Shown here in pieces: positions 46,491 through 55,720 of a DNA stretch of 64,000 bases. Below the pieces are notes generated by a model that ran no database searches, was not told where the DNA came from, and worked only from the letters and a program-made list of their open reading frames with translations. The stretch's first letter is position 1. The number at the start of each line of letters is the position of its first letter. Made by a program: the position numbers and the translations under genes. The stretch is from assembly GCA_031278895.1 (NCBI GenBank), contig JAITJN010000035.1, positions 1,380 to 65,379 on the forward strand. Direction: 5' to 3'. The DNA is from Candidatus Endomicrobiellum guadaloupense. GTDB lineage: Bacteria > Elusimicrobiota > Endomicrobiia > Endomicrobiales > Endomicrobiaceae.

Positions 46491-48278
46491 TTATCTACGT
46501 TTAAAGAATTTTTCTAGCTCATTTAAAGAAATTCTGTAAGCTGTGGGCCTGCCATGCGGACAAGTAAAAGGATGGTCACATTTGAAAAGATCGTTTATCA
46601 TTTTTTTAGTCTCAATAAAACTTACCTTATCTCCAGCTCTAATGCTTGCTCTACACGATAAACGGATAATTTTTTCTCTCTTTTCTTTTATCTCAGCATT
46701 TTTATCTTCTTGTATATCTAAAACTATAGTTTTAACTATTTGCTCTATTGCTATATTTCCAAGTAAAGCTGGATATGAAATAATTCTAAAAGAATTCTGT
46801 CCAAATTCTTCAACAGATATTCCAAGATCATTGAATAGTTCTATATTGGATTTTAAAACCTCTGAACTGCTTGGAGGCAGATCAAATGTTTCAGGTATAA
46901 GAAGCTGCTGCATTTTTATGGACTGATGGTGAATTTGAGAAAGATAAGATTCATATCTTATTCTTTCTGCCGCGGCATGTTGATCAAAGATATACAAATC
47001 TCCTTTATTTTCGACAACAATATAAGTGCCAAAAGCCTGTCCTAACACTTTTATATTATCCTCATCAAATGCGTCGCCTGTTAATTCTTGCTGTTTTGCA
47101 AAAACATTAGCGTATTTATCTATAGAATAATTTTTAGGATTATATTTTGATATTGGCTCGGAGACTACACTGTTAGAAGTATTAAATATATTTTCTTTCT
47201 TTGACTGGTATATAAAACTGCTTGAGATATTTGAAGGCTTTGGGACTTCAGATTCTCTTGTCTCAATATTTATCTTTATCTCTTGGTGAGCGTGAGATAC
47301 AAGAGCATTTCTAATAGTTTTGCAAATAATGTCATACATACCCTGCTCATCGGCAAATTTTACTTCTCTTTTTGCAGGATGTATGTTAACATCTATTTGT
47401 GAAGGATCTATTGTAATATAAATCAATATTGCGGGATGTCTGTCATGAGCAATAGATTCTTTATAAGCTTGATAAATACAATGTATAAGCCATTTAGGGT
47501 AGTTTACAGGACGAGAATTTACAAAAAGGTATTGAAATTTTTTATTTGCTAAAGAGTTATCTCTTCCAGTAAAATAAATATCTAATATTACTTTAGGATG
47601 TTCTAGGTTTATAAACTTTAAATTTCTTGAAAAGTCTCTGCCCAGTATATCTGAAATTCTTTCAAGTTTATTATTTGTCTTTGAAGTTGAAAAAATAATT
47701 TTTTTATCTGAAACCATTTTGAAAGATATTTCAGGATTAGCAATGGCAGTTTCTTCAAGAGAATCTGTAATTCTTGAGCGTTCTGTTGCATCGCTTTTTA
47801 AAAACTTCAATCTTGCCGGAGTATTAAAAAATAAATCTTTAACTTCTGTAATTGTCCCTTCACAACCAGCACTTGGAACAATTCTTATATCTTTACCACC
47901 GAAACTTAAAAGTTTCCAGCCAGAAGTTTCACCTTTCTTTTTGGTCTTTATCTCAAAATTTGAAACAGCTGAAATAGATGAGAGAGCTTCTCCTCTAAAC
48001 CCCATAGTATATACATGCGATAAATCTTCAAAATTTTCTATTTTGCTTGTAGCATGTCTTAATATAGATAATTCCAAATCTTTTTTATCCATACCACTGC
48101 CATTGTCACAAACTCTTATAAGTTTCTTCCCGGAGCCTTCTATTTCTACTGTTATGGAAGAAGCAAAAGCGTCTAAAGAATTTTCAACAAGTTCTTTGAC
48201 AACATTTAAAGGCCTTTCTACAACCTCGCCTGCAGCTATTTTATTTATAGTTTCTTGAGATAAAATATTTATTGGCAT
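46491..48278 (-). CDS. mutL: DNA mismatch repair protein MutL
   Basis: 595 aa with ..IAAGEVVERP..VVKELVENSLDA.., ..GFRGEAL.. and ..CPHGRP.. Confidence 0.96.
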   Translation of the reverse strand: MPINILSQETINKIAAGEVVERPLNVVKELVENSLDAFASSITVEIEGSGKKLIRVCDNGSGMDKKDLELSILRHATSKIENFEDLSHVYTMGFRGEALSSISAVSNFEIKTKKKGETSGWKLLSFGGKDIRIVPSAGCEGTITEVKDLFFNTPARLKFLKSDATERSRITDSLEETAIANPEISFKMVSDKKIIFSTSKTNNKLERISDILGRDFSRNLKFINLEHPKVILDIYFTGRDNSLANKKFQYLFVNSRPVNYPKWLIHCIYQAYKESIAHDRHPAILIYITIDPSQIDVNIHPAKREVKFADEQGMYDIICKTIRNALVSHAHQEIKINIETRESEVPKPSNISSSFIYQSKKENIFNTSNSVVSEPISKYNPKNYSIDKYANVFAKQQELTGDAFDEDNIKVLGQAFGTYIVVENKGDLYIFDQHAAAERIRYESYLSQIHHQSIKMQQLLIPETFDLPPSSSEVLKSNIELFNDLGISVEEFGQNSFRIISYPALLGNIAIEQIVKTIVLDIQEDKNAEIKEKREKIIRLSCRASIRAGDKVSFIETKKMINDLFKCDHPFTCPHGRPTAYRISLNELEKFFKRR

Positions 48279-48284
48279 ATTTTC

Positions 48285-50858
48285 TCACCTATATTTATCC
48301 TTCCATTGGCTGAGTAGATTAAATGCATCAATTGGAGTTAATGTATTTATATCAATATTTCTCAATTCTACCAAAACTTGTGGTTCTTGAGGCTCTGGCT
48401 CAGAGAATAACTTCATTTGCTGTTTATTTTCTTTTGATTTAGTCTCTGAACTTGCTTCAAGCTTATTTAGAATTTTATAAGCTCTCTCTATTACTTGATG
48501 AGGCAGTCCTGCAATTTTTGCCACATGTATACCATAAGACTTATCTGCACTGCCTTCTATTATCTTATGTAAAAAGACAACATCGCCATTCCATTCTTTA
48601 ACATCAACACTAAAATTTACAACTCCTTTGAGACTTTGAGAAAGAGCTGTAAGTTCAAAGTAATGCGTTGCAAATAGAACTTTAGCGCCATCATTTGCTT
48701 TTCTTTTAGCGTCAGCAAGAAATTCTATTATTGACCACGCTATAGACATTCCGTCATAAGTAGATGTCCCTCTACCTACTTCATCTAAAATTATAAGACT
48801 TCTTTGTGTGTATTGGTTTAAAATATTTGCTGCTTCTGTCATCTCAATCATAAATGTTGACTCGCCACCAGCAAGATTATCTCCAGCGCCGATACGTGTA
48901 AATATTCTATCAACAATTCCTATTTCTGCTTGCAATGCTGGAACAAAAGAACCGATTTGAACCATTATAACAATAAGCGCCGTTTGTCTAAGATAAGTTG
49001 ACTTACCAGACATGTTAGGGCCGGTAAGAATCATTATTCTTGATTTTTCATTAAAAGAAATATCATTTGAAGTAAAATCTCCATTTTTCAATATTCTTTC
49101 AACTACAGGGTGCCTTCCCTCTTTAATTAAGATGTCTTTACTATTTGAAATCTTAGGACAAACATAATTATATTCTAAAGCGTTTGAAGCAAAACCACAA
49201 AAAACATCAATTTCTGAAATAATTTGAGAGGTCTTTAAAATATCTGCCATATAAAATGTTAAATCTGTTCTTAGAGAATTAAAAATATTACTTTCAAGTC
49301 TTAATATTTTTTCCTGAGAGGAGAGTATTTTTTCTTCTAATGTTTTTAAGTCTTGCGTTATATATCTTTCGCCTGTGGCAACAGTTTGTTTGCGGATATA
49401 GTGTTTTGGAACTAATGAAATATTTGATTTACTTACTTCTATGTAATAACCAAATACAGACGTATATCCTATTTTCAAATTATTTATTCCAGTTGATTCT
49501 CTTTCTCTAGATTCAAGCTCTGATATGAAACCTTTAGCATCTGTTGATATCTTTCTTAATTCATCAAGCTCAGGATTTACACCGATTTTAATTACATTCC
49601 CATCTTTTAGAGATACTGGCGGTTCATCTGCTATATAAGAAGAAATTTTTTCTATAACTTGAAAATTCTTGGGGATATTAAAAGTTAGTCCTTTAGATAA
49701 AGAAATGATTTCAGAAATCTCATTTACTGTTATTAGAGACTCTTTTAAAGCAGATAAATCTTTTGGATTTGCAGTTCCTGAAGATATTCTTGCAATTATT
49801 CTTTCAATATCTGAAATAAATTTAAATTTTTCAGTAATATCTTTTCTTATAGATGATTCTCTTATAAAAAATTTAACAATATTTTGTCTATTTTCTATTT
49901 TTGACACATCTAGCAAAGGCTTGGTAACCCATTGACGTATAGTCCTTGCTCCCATAGGCGTTCTGGTTGAATCCATGACAGATAGCAAAGAATTTTCAAA
50001 TTTACCGCTTGCTAAAGAATTAAGCAATTCAAGGTTCTTTATAGCAACTGCATCCAAATACATAAAATCTGAACTATTTATATATTTTATACATGAAAAA
50101 ATCCCAATAGTTTGAGACTGCATTTCCTTTATATAAGAAAATAAAGCTGCGCATGCGCGGATAGTTTTTTTTTGATTTAATTCAAACTTCTTTAAAGCAT
50201 CTTTTCCAAAATGATCTTCTATTATTTTTTGGGAGGTTTCCAAATCAAAAAAATAATCGTTTACTGTTGAGATAGGAGCTTTAATACCCGATAAAAATTC
50301 TTGAATACGTTTATTCTTTGAATTAGTTTCAGATATAACTAATTCTCCAGGATTATATTTTGATATTTCAGTATCAAGAAGTTTTAAAGAAGTCTCTGAA
50401 GTAAAAAAGTCTCCAGTTGAGATATCTGCCGCGGCAAATGCAGCAGACATTGTATATTCGTCAAAAACAACTGTCATCAAAAAGTTATTTTCTTTTGACT
50501 CTAAAAGTATATCTTCTAAAACTGTCCCTGGAGTTATAACCTTTGTAACTCCACGTTTTACTATACCTTTCGAAACGCCAGGCTCTTCTAACTGCTCGCA
50601 AATGGCAACTTTTAAACCTTTTGTTATAAGTTTTCTTATATAGGAATTTACAGAATGATGTGGAACTCCACACATGGGAAGGCCATTCCTCTTTGTAAGA
50701 ACAACATCCATAACTGGTGCAGCAAGTTCAGCATCTGGACCAAACATTTCATAAAAATCACCAAGTCTAAAAAACAGAATCATGCTTGGATATTTATTTT
50801 TGATGTCATGGTATTGCATCATTAACGGAGTTAATTTTTCAGAAGATTTTTTACTCAT
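48285..50858 (-). CDS. mutS: DNA mismatch repair protein MutS
   Basis: 857 aa with TPLMMQY, GDFYEMF, Walker A GPNMSGKST and DEVGRGTSTYDG. Confidence 0.97.
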   Translation of the reverse strand: MSKKSSEKLTPLMMQYHDIKNKYPSMILFFRLGDFYEMFGPDAELAAPVMDVVLTKRNGLPMCGVPHHSVNSYIRKLITKGLKVAICEQLEEPGVSKGIVKRGVTKVITPGTVLEDILLESKENNFLMTVVFDEYTMSAAFAAADISTGDFFTSETSLKLLDTEISKYNPGELVISETNSKNKRIQEFLSGIKAPISTVNDYFFDLETSQKIIEDHFGKDALKKFELNQKKTIRACAALFSYIKEMQSQTIGIFSCIKYINSSDFMYLDAVAIKNLELLNSLASGKFENSLLSVMDSTRTPMGARTIRQWVTKPLLDVSKIENRQNIVKFFIRESSIRKDITEKFKFISDIERIIARISSGTANPKDLSALKESLITVNEISEIISLSKGLTFNIPKNFQVIEKISSYIADEPPVSLKDGNVIKIGVNPELDELRKISTDAKGFISELESRERESTGINNLKIGYTSVFGYYIEVSKSNISLVPKHYIRKQTVATGERYITQDLKTLEEKILSSQEKILRLESNIFNSLRTDLTFYMADILKTSQIISEIDVFCGFASNALEYNYVCPKISNSKDILIKEGRHPVVERILKNGDFTSNDISFNEKSRIMILTGPNMSGKSTYLRQTALIVIMVQIGSFVPALQAEIGIVDRIFTRIGAGDNLAGGESTFMIEMTEAANILNQYTQRSLIILDEVGRGTSTYDGMSIAWSIIEFLADAKRKANDGAKVLFATHYFELTALSQSLKGVVNFSVDVKEWNGDVVFLHKIIEGSADKSYGIHVAKIAGLPHQVIERAYKILNKLEASSETKSKENKQQMKLFSEPEPQEPQVLVELRNIDINTLTPIDAFNLLSQWKDKYR

Positions 50859-50868
50859 TGATACCAGC

Positions 50869-51414
50869 CTACAGTTTTATTTGCGATATGAATTTGTAAA
50901 CTTTATAAATAAACATTACAGATTTAACATAGTTTTTTGTTTCATTAAAAGGTATTCTTGTTGGGTTTGAAGACACACTTGGAATTTCTTTACGCCACAT
51001 ATCTACATTTCCAATCCCGGCATTATATGCCGCTAAAACTAATACTAGATTGTTATTGTAGTAATCCAATAGCTTTTTTAAGTAGTACGTTCCAACCATT
51101 ATATTTATTTGTGGTTCTTTTAACTTTTCAGAAGAATAGTCTGAAACTCCTAGTTGGATAGCTATTTCACGAGCTGTTTTAGGCATAATTTGCATTAGAC
51201 CAACAGCACCTTTATTAGATATTACTTCGGGATTTAAATTAGATTCTTTCTTTATAATAGCTCTTACAAGAAGAGAATCTACACTGAATTTATTTGAGTA
51301 TTCGTCAATATAATTATTATATCTTCTCTTATCAAATAATCCTATTCTTCTTTCAACATTAGACAAAAATAAAATTATCAGAATCAAAAACGCGTATAGA
51401 ACAATTCTATTCAT
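50869..51414 (-). CDS. Lytic transglycosylase (SLT domain) with signal anchor
   Basis: 181 aa with ..AIIKKESNLNP...GAVGLMQIMP.. and ..AAYNAG.. Confidence 0.85.
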   Translation of the reverse strand: MNRIVLYAFLILIILFLSNVERRIGLFDKRRYNNYIDEYSNKFSVDSLLVRAIIKKESNLNPEVISNKGAVGLMQIMPKTAREIAIQLGVSDYSSEKLKEPQINIMVGTYYLKKLLDYYNNNLVLVLAAYNAGIGNVDMWRKEIPSVSSNPTRIPFNETKNYVKSVMFIYKVYKFISQIKL

Positions 51415-52685
51415 ATAATTTCGCCAAATAAAGAATTTATTTTTGCTTCTTTTATACTGACGTTTAATTGTTTTCCTAGATCTTTTTTACTTGCGCACTT
51501 TACAAAAACTTTACGACCACTTCTTGTTCTAGTTTCTATAACATCTCCTTCTATTTTTTCTGCTAAAACTTGCTGAGTAGTGCCGACCATTGATGCAACT
51601 ATCTCAATAGAAATTTTATTTGACTCTTTGAGGATAATAGAATGCCGTTTTTTCTTGTCTTCTAAAGGAACATCATCGTCCATGCTTGCTGCTCTAGTAT
51701 TTGGACGAGAAGAATATCTAAAAACATACAACCCACCAAATCTTATTTCTTTGACAGCTTTTAAAGTCTGCTCAAAATCTTCTTCAGTCTCTCCAGGGAA
51801 ACCAACTATTATATCTGTAGTTACGCTTATATCAGGAACTGCAACTCTCAGTTTTTTAATCAACATCAGATACTGTTGATAAGTATACTTTCTGTTCATT
51901 GCCAAAAGAATATTGTTTGACGCAGACTGCATCGGCAAATGAATATGAGAGCAAACTTTAGGTTCTCTAGCCATCATATCTATCAGCTCATTGCTTAAGT
52001 CTTTAGGATGATTAGTCATAAATCTTATGCGTTCAAGTCCGTCTATTTTTGCTATATTCTTGACCAAATCTGTAAACTTAATATCATCGTATTTATATGA
52101 ATTTACATTTTGACCTAACAGCATTATCTCTTTAGCGCCATTATTGACTGCCAAACGACAATCTTCTATTATATCTGAAGACTTAAAACTTGTTTCTTGA
52201 CCTCTAACAAATGGCACTACGCAATAAGAGCAATAATTATCACAACCTCTCATAACAGTAATATATTTTATAATATCAAAAGCTTTGTCGGATTCTCTTT
52301 CTGCTATAGAATAATTGCTTATATCACATAAATCTGCAATTTTAAAAGCCGCATTATCTATATCTTTAGCACCTATTATCAAATTAACACTTTTAAAGCG
52401 ATGCTTAATTTTATGTTCTATTCTTTCAGCCATACATCCAACAACAACTATTTTAATATTAGGCTTTTCTCTTTTAAATTCTTCAGCTCTTCCAAGAAAA
52501 GAAAATGCTTTCTGTTCAGCCTGATCTCTAACAGAGCAGGTATTAAGTATAACTATGTCAGCTTTTTGCAAAACATTTGCTTTTAAAATTCCGTAACATG
52601 ATAAAGCATGCCCTAATTTATCAGACTCACATATATTCATCTGACAACCAATTGTTTCAATAAAATAATTCAAAGACTTGTCCAA
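51411..52685 (-). CDS. miaB: tRNA-2-methylthio-N6-dimethylallyladenosine synthase
   Basis: 424 aa with TIGCQMN.., the radical-SAM CDNYCSYCVVP motif, LLGQNVNSY and a TRAM tail. The apparent start is TTG. Confidence 0.9.
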   Translation of the reverse strand: MDKSLNYFIETIGCQMNICESDKLGHALSCYGILKANVLQKADIVILNTCSVRDQAEQKAFSFLGRAEEFKREKPNIKIVVVGCMAERIEHKIKHRFKSVNLIIGAKDIDNAAFKIADLCDISNYSIAERESDKAFDIIKYITVMRGCDNYCSYCVVPFVRGQETSFKSSDIIEDCRLAVNNGAKEIMLLGQNVNSYKYDDIKFTDLVKNIAKIDGLERIRFMTNHPKDLSNELIDMMAREPKVCSHIHLPMQSASNNILLAMNRKYTYQQYLMLIKKLRVAVPDISVTTDIIVGFPGETEEDFEQTLKAVKEIRFGGLYVFRYSSRPNTRAASMDDDVPLEDKKKRHSIILKESNKISIEIVASMVGTTQQVLAEKIEGDVIETRTRSGRKVFVKCASKKDLGKQLNVSIKEAKINSLFGEII

Positions 52686-52842
52686 TCCTGTTCTTCTAAA
52701 TTTAGAGAGAGTATATTATTATACAAAATTGTTTATATTATTTATTTGTTTTTGGAATGTTTTGAATGATTGATACTTGTTTTAGGAATATTTTCTAAAC
52801 TAGATGATTACATTTATAAAGTCTATTTGATTATTTGTTCAA

Positions 52843-53976
52843 TCAAATATTATTTAATTTTAAATACAAATTCTCATGCTGTTTAACACTTGTGTTTATA
52901 TCATAATCTTGACTAATGGAATTAAAACCCTTTAACCCCATATCTTTTAGAATATGCTTATCATTTAATAAATAAACAACGTTTTCAGCTGTCTTTTCAT
53001 AATCATAAGGTTCTATTAAAAACCCAGTTTCTCTATCTTTGACTATTTCTTTTACTCCATCTACTGCATTTGCAATAACAGGTATAGAGCAACACATAGA
53101 TTCAATAATAGTACAAGGTAAACCTTCCCAAAGAGATGTTAAAACAAAAATATCGCTTGCTTTAAGTATTTCTACAATATCGCTTCTCCAGCCAAGGATA
53201 AGAATTTTATATTTTAAATTTAAGCTTTCTATTAGAGCCTCAAGTTCTTTTCTTTGCTCTCCATCTCCAACTACCAAAAAAATAACATTATCAATCCTTT
53301 TAGATACAATTGAAGCGGCTCTAATAAAGTCTCTCAGATTTTTCTGCGGTTTAAAAGGGCCTATTGTAGTGACAACCTTCATATCTCTGCTAATACCAAG
53401 CTCAGGCTTAAATTCTGGATTAGGGACAAAACTTTTATAGAACTTTGTATCTATACCAGCTCTTATAAGCACAAACGTATCTTCTTTGGCTATCTTATAG
53501 TGCAATCCTTTTTTTATATCTTCTTTAGTTACTACGATTAATTTATCTGAAAACAACGCACAAAACTTTTCAAGAAATATATAAAAATTTTTAACAATCC
53601 AATTCTGCGTTTCATTGAAACCATATCCATGTATTGTGTGAACAATAGTTTTTACACCTGCAAGTTTAGCAGCAATTCTTCCAAGTATACCAGCTTTTGA
53701 AGAATGTGTATGCACAATATTAGGCCTTTCTCTTTTTAAAACAGTATAAATTTCAAAGAGAGTTTTTAAATCCTTTAGAGGAGAAATTTCTCTAACAAAA
53801 TCTTTTAGACTATAAAGCTCAATTTTTTTTGCAATTATACCGTCTAGAATCCCTCCATTACCCGCAATAATAAAACTATCAAAAATATCTTTATTAATAT
53901 TTTTTGCAACGTGCAAAGCTACTTTTTGAGCACCACCAAGTTCAAGTTTAGTGATAATATAACAAACTTTTATCAT
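52843..53976 (-). CDS. GT-B glycosyltransferase (GT4 family)
   Basis: 377 aa starting MIKVCYIITKLELGGAQK.. with the C-terminal ..SLWEGLPCTIIESMCCSIPVIA.. EX7E region. Confidence 0.85.
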   Translation of the reverse strand: MIKVCYIITKLELGGAQKVALHVAKNINKDIFDSFIIAGNGGILDGIIAKKIELYSLKDFVREISPLKDLKTLFEIYTVLKRERPNIVHTHSSKAGILGRIAAKLAGVKTIVHTIHGYGFNETQNWIVKNFYIFLEKFCALFSDKLIVVTKEDIKKGLHYKIAKEDTFVLIRAGIDTKFYKSFVPNPEFKPELGISRDMKVVTTIGPFKPQKNLRDFIRAASIVSKRIDNVIFLVVGDGEQRKELEALIESLNLKYKILILGWRSDIVEILKASDIFVLTSLWEGLPCTIIESMCCSIPVIANAVDGVKEIVKDRETGFLIEPYDYEKTAENVVYLLNDKHILKDMGLKGFNSISQDYDINTSVKQHENLYLKLNNI

Positions 53977-54010
53977 GTTTGTTATTCTTCTATTTCCAAT
54001 AGAATATCAA

Positions 54011-54194
54011 CTATATTGATTTTGTTAAGCATTTAAGAAACCACTCTTCTTCCATTGACTTTAGATATTTTAATGCTTCTTTTTCATCTGTAAAATTCTA
54101 ATGTTTCTTCTTCCTCATATCCTCTAAACTTCTCTTTTAACACTTCATGCACATTCTCATCGTCATCTAATATTACTTCCTCATCTCCATTCAT
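54011..54194 (-). pseudogene. Response-regulator receiver-domain remnant (frameshifted and truncated)
   Basis: Hand translation starting 27 nt after the kinase stop gives MNGDEEVILDDDENVHEVLKEKFRGYEEEETLEFYR* (54194..54084). It continues in the +1 frame as ..TDEKEALKYLKSMEEEWFLKCLTKSI*. This matches only the first ~55 residues of a receiver (..DDDE....L...L...GY.V....dg.EAL.yL..). The phospho-acceptor Asp region is missing. Confidence 0.5.
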
Positions 54195-54220
54195 TATTTC
54201 TATCTTGTTTACAAACCATC

Positions 54221-55720
54221 TTACATTGGGTTGTCTGCTTTTGGGAATGTAAGTATAAATTCTGTTCCTATACCTTCCCTAGATTCTATCTTTAATTTGC
54301 CATTCATTGATTTTATTGTAGACATTACCTGTTGCGTACCTATTCCATTTCCATATTCCTTTGTCGTTCCTACTTCTTCCCCTCTCATTAACTTCTCCGC
54401 CATCTCTTTGGGCATCCCTTGCCCGTTATCCTTCACTATTATCTCTACTTCTTCTCCTTTTTCTTCACACACTACTTCTATCTCTGCTTTCTTTCCTTCT
54501 ACTGCTTCTACACCATTGTTTATTAGGTTTGACATCATTCGTTCAAATTCTACTCTCTCTCCTTTGATAAATACTATTTTCTCTTCATACTTTATCTCTA
54601 CGTTCTTGTTAGTATACTCATGCTCCTTCCTTTCTATCAATTCTTTCAGACTCAAATTCACGTTTATTCTTTCTTCTTTCTTTTGAACAGTTCTTACTCT
54701 AGCAAGACCCTTTCTACTCTCTCCCTCTTTTATTTCTTTATATTTTTCCATCATCCTGCTTGCTATATCATGTATACTTCTTTTTAGCGAATCTAATATT
54801 CCATTTTCTTTATCTGTTAGCTTACTTTGTACTATATACTGGAATGCTCCCAATGCCGCTAATGGCGAATGTATATCGTGCGCTACTTCTTTTGCTATTT
54901 TACTCAGTTCTTTTTCTAATTTCAGTTTTGCTTCCAACTCTTCCTTCTCTTTCCTATCCGTTATATCTATTGAAACTCCTATGATTCCAATAACATTATT
55001 CTTATCATCATAAAGCGGAGATTTTCTTGTTAGCATTACTGCCTCTTTACCATTAGCTACTTTTCCTATCTCCAATACTTCTTCAGTTTCTCTATTATCA
55101 ATAATCCTCTGATCTGTTTTTCTGAGTATTTCCGCCACATATCTCCATGATAAATCATAATCTGTCTTGCCTGTAACCTCTTTAAAAGATTTAAATCCTA
55201 ACATTTCTGCTTCAGCTTGATTACAACCTAAATAAACTCCATTGATATCTTTCCAATAGATGCATCCTGGAGCATATTGTAAAATATTATTAACAGTCCA
55301 TTGTGTTTTTAATTCACTTTCTCTCTCTTCTTTTAATCTACGTTCTGTTATATCAACTGTCACTCCTATAATCCCTATAACCTCACCTTTATCATCGCAA
55401 AGAGGAGACTTCCTTGTTAACATTACCAATTTCCTATTACCACAACAAGTACCGTTTTCTATAATGTCTTCACATACTTTACTTTTCATAATTCTTTTAT
55501 CTGTTTCTCTCAAGACACCAGCAGTCTCTTTCCATGGCAAGTCATAATCTGTTTTTCCTATCATTTCTTCTGGAGAGCTTAGCCCTAACAACTCTGCTTC
55601 AGCTTGATTACAGCCCAGGTAAACTCCATTGATATCTTTCCAATAGATACAGCCTGGCACCATTTGTAAAATGTTGCTAATTTCAGCTTGATTTTTTCCC
55701 ATAATTATCCATTTATTCAA
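54221..55720 (-). CDS. Soluble sensor histidine kinase with two tandem PAS domains
   Basis: 499 aa with no TM segment. PAS x2 (..PGCIYWKDINGVYLGCNQAEAE..), H-box EVAHDIHSPLAAL, N-box NLINNGVEA, G1 DNGQGM and G2 GNGIGT. The track start is TTG at 55720. An ATG (MGKNQAE) lies at 55702. Confidence 0.9.
   Translation of the reverse strand: MNKWIIMGKNQAEISNILQMVPGCIYWKDINGVYLGCNQAEAELLGLSSPEEMIGKTDYDLPWKETAGVLRETDKRIMKSKVCEDIIENGTCCGNRKLVMLTRKSPLCDDKGEVIGIIGVTVDITERRLKEERESELKTQWTVNNILQYAPGCIYWKDINGVYLGCNQAEAEMLGFKSFKEVTGKTDYDLSWRYVAEILRKTDQRIIDNRETEEVLEIGKVANGKEAVMLTRKSPLYDDKNNVIGIIGVSIDITDRKEKEELEAKLKLEKELSKIAKEVAHDIHSPLAALGAFQYIVQSKLTDKENGILDSLKRSIHDIASRMMEKYKEIKEGESRKGLARVRTVQKKEERINVNLSLKELIERKEHEYTNKNVEIKYEEKIVFIKGERVEFERMMSNLINNGVEAVEGKKAEIEVVCEEKGEEVEIIVKDNGQGMPKEMAEKLMRGEEVGTTKEYGNGIGTQQVMSTIKSMNGKLKIESREGIGTEFILTFPKADNPM
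54950..55675 (-). repeat. Internal tandem duplication (two PAS modules, period 387 bp)
   Basis: For example, 55594-55675 and 55207-55288 read ctgcttcagcttgattaca[8 nt]aaactccattgatatctttccaatagat... in both copies. At protein level aa 16-128 and aa 145-257 align without gaps. Confidence 0.9.
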
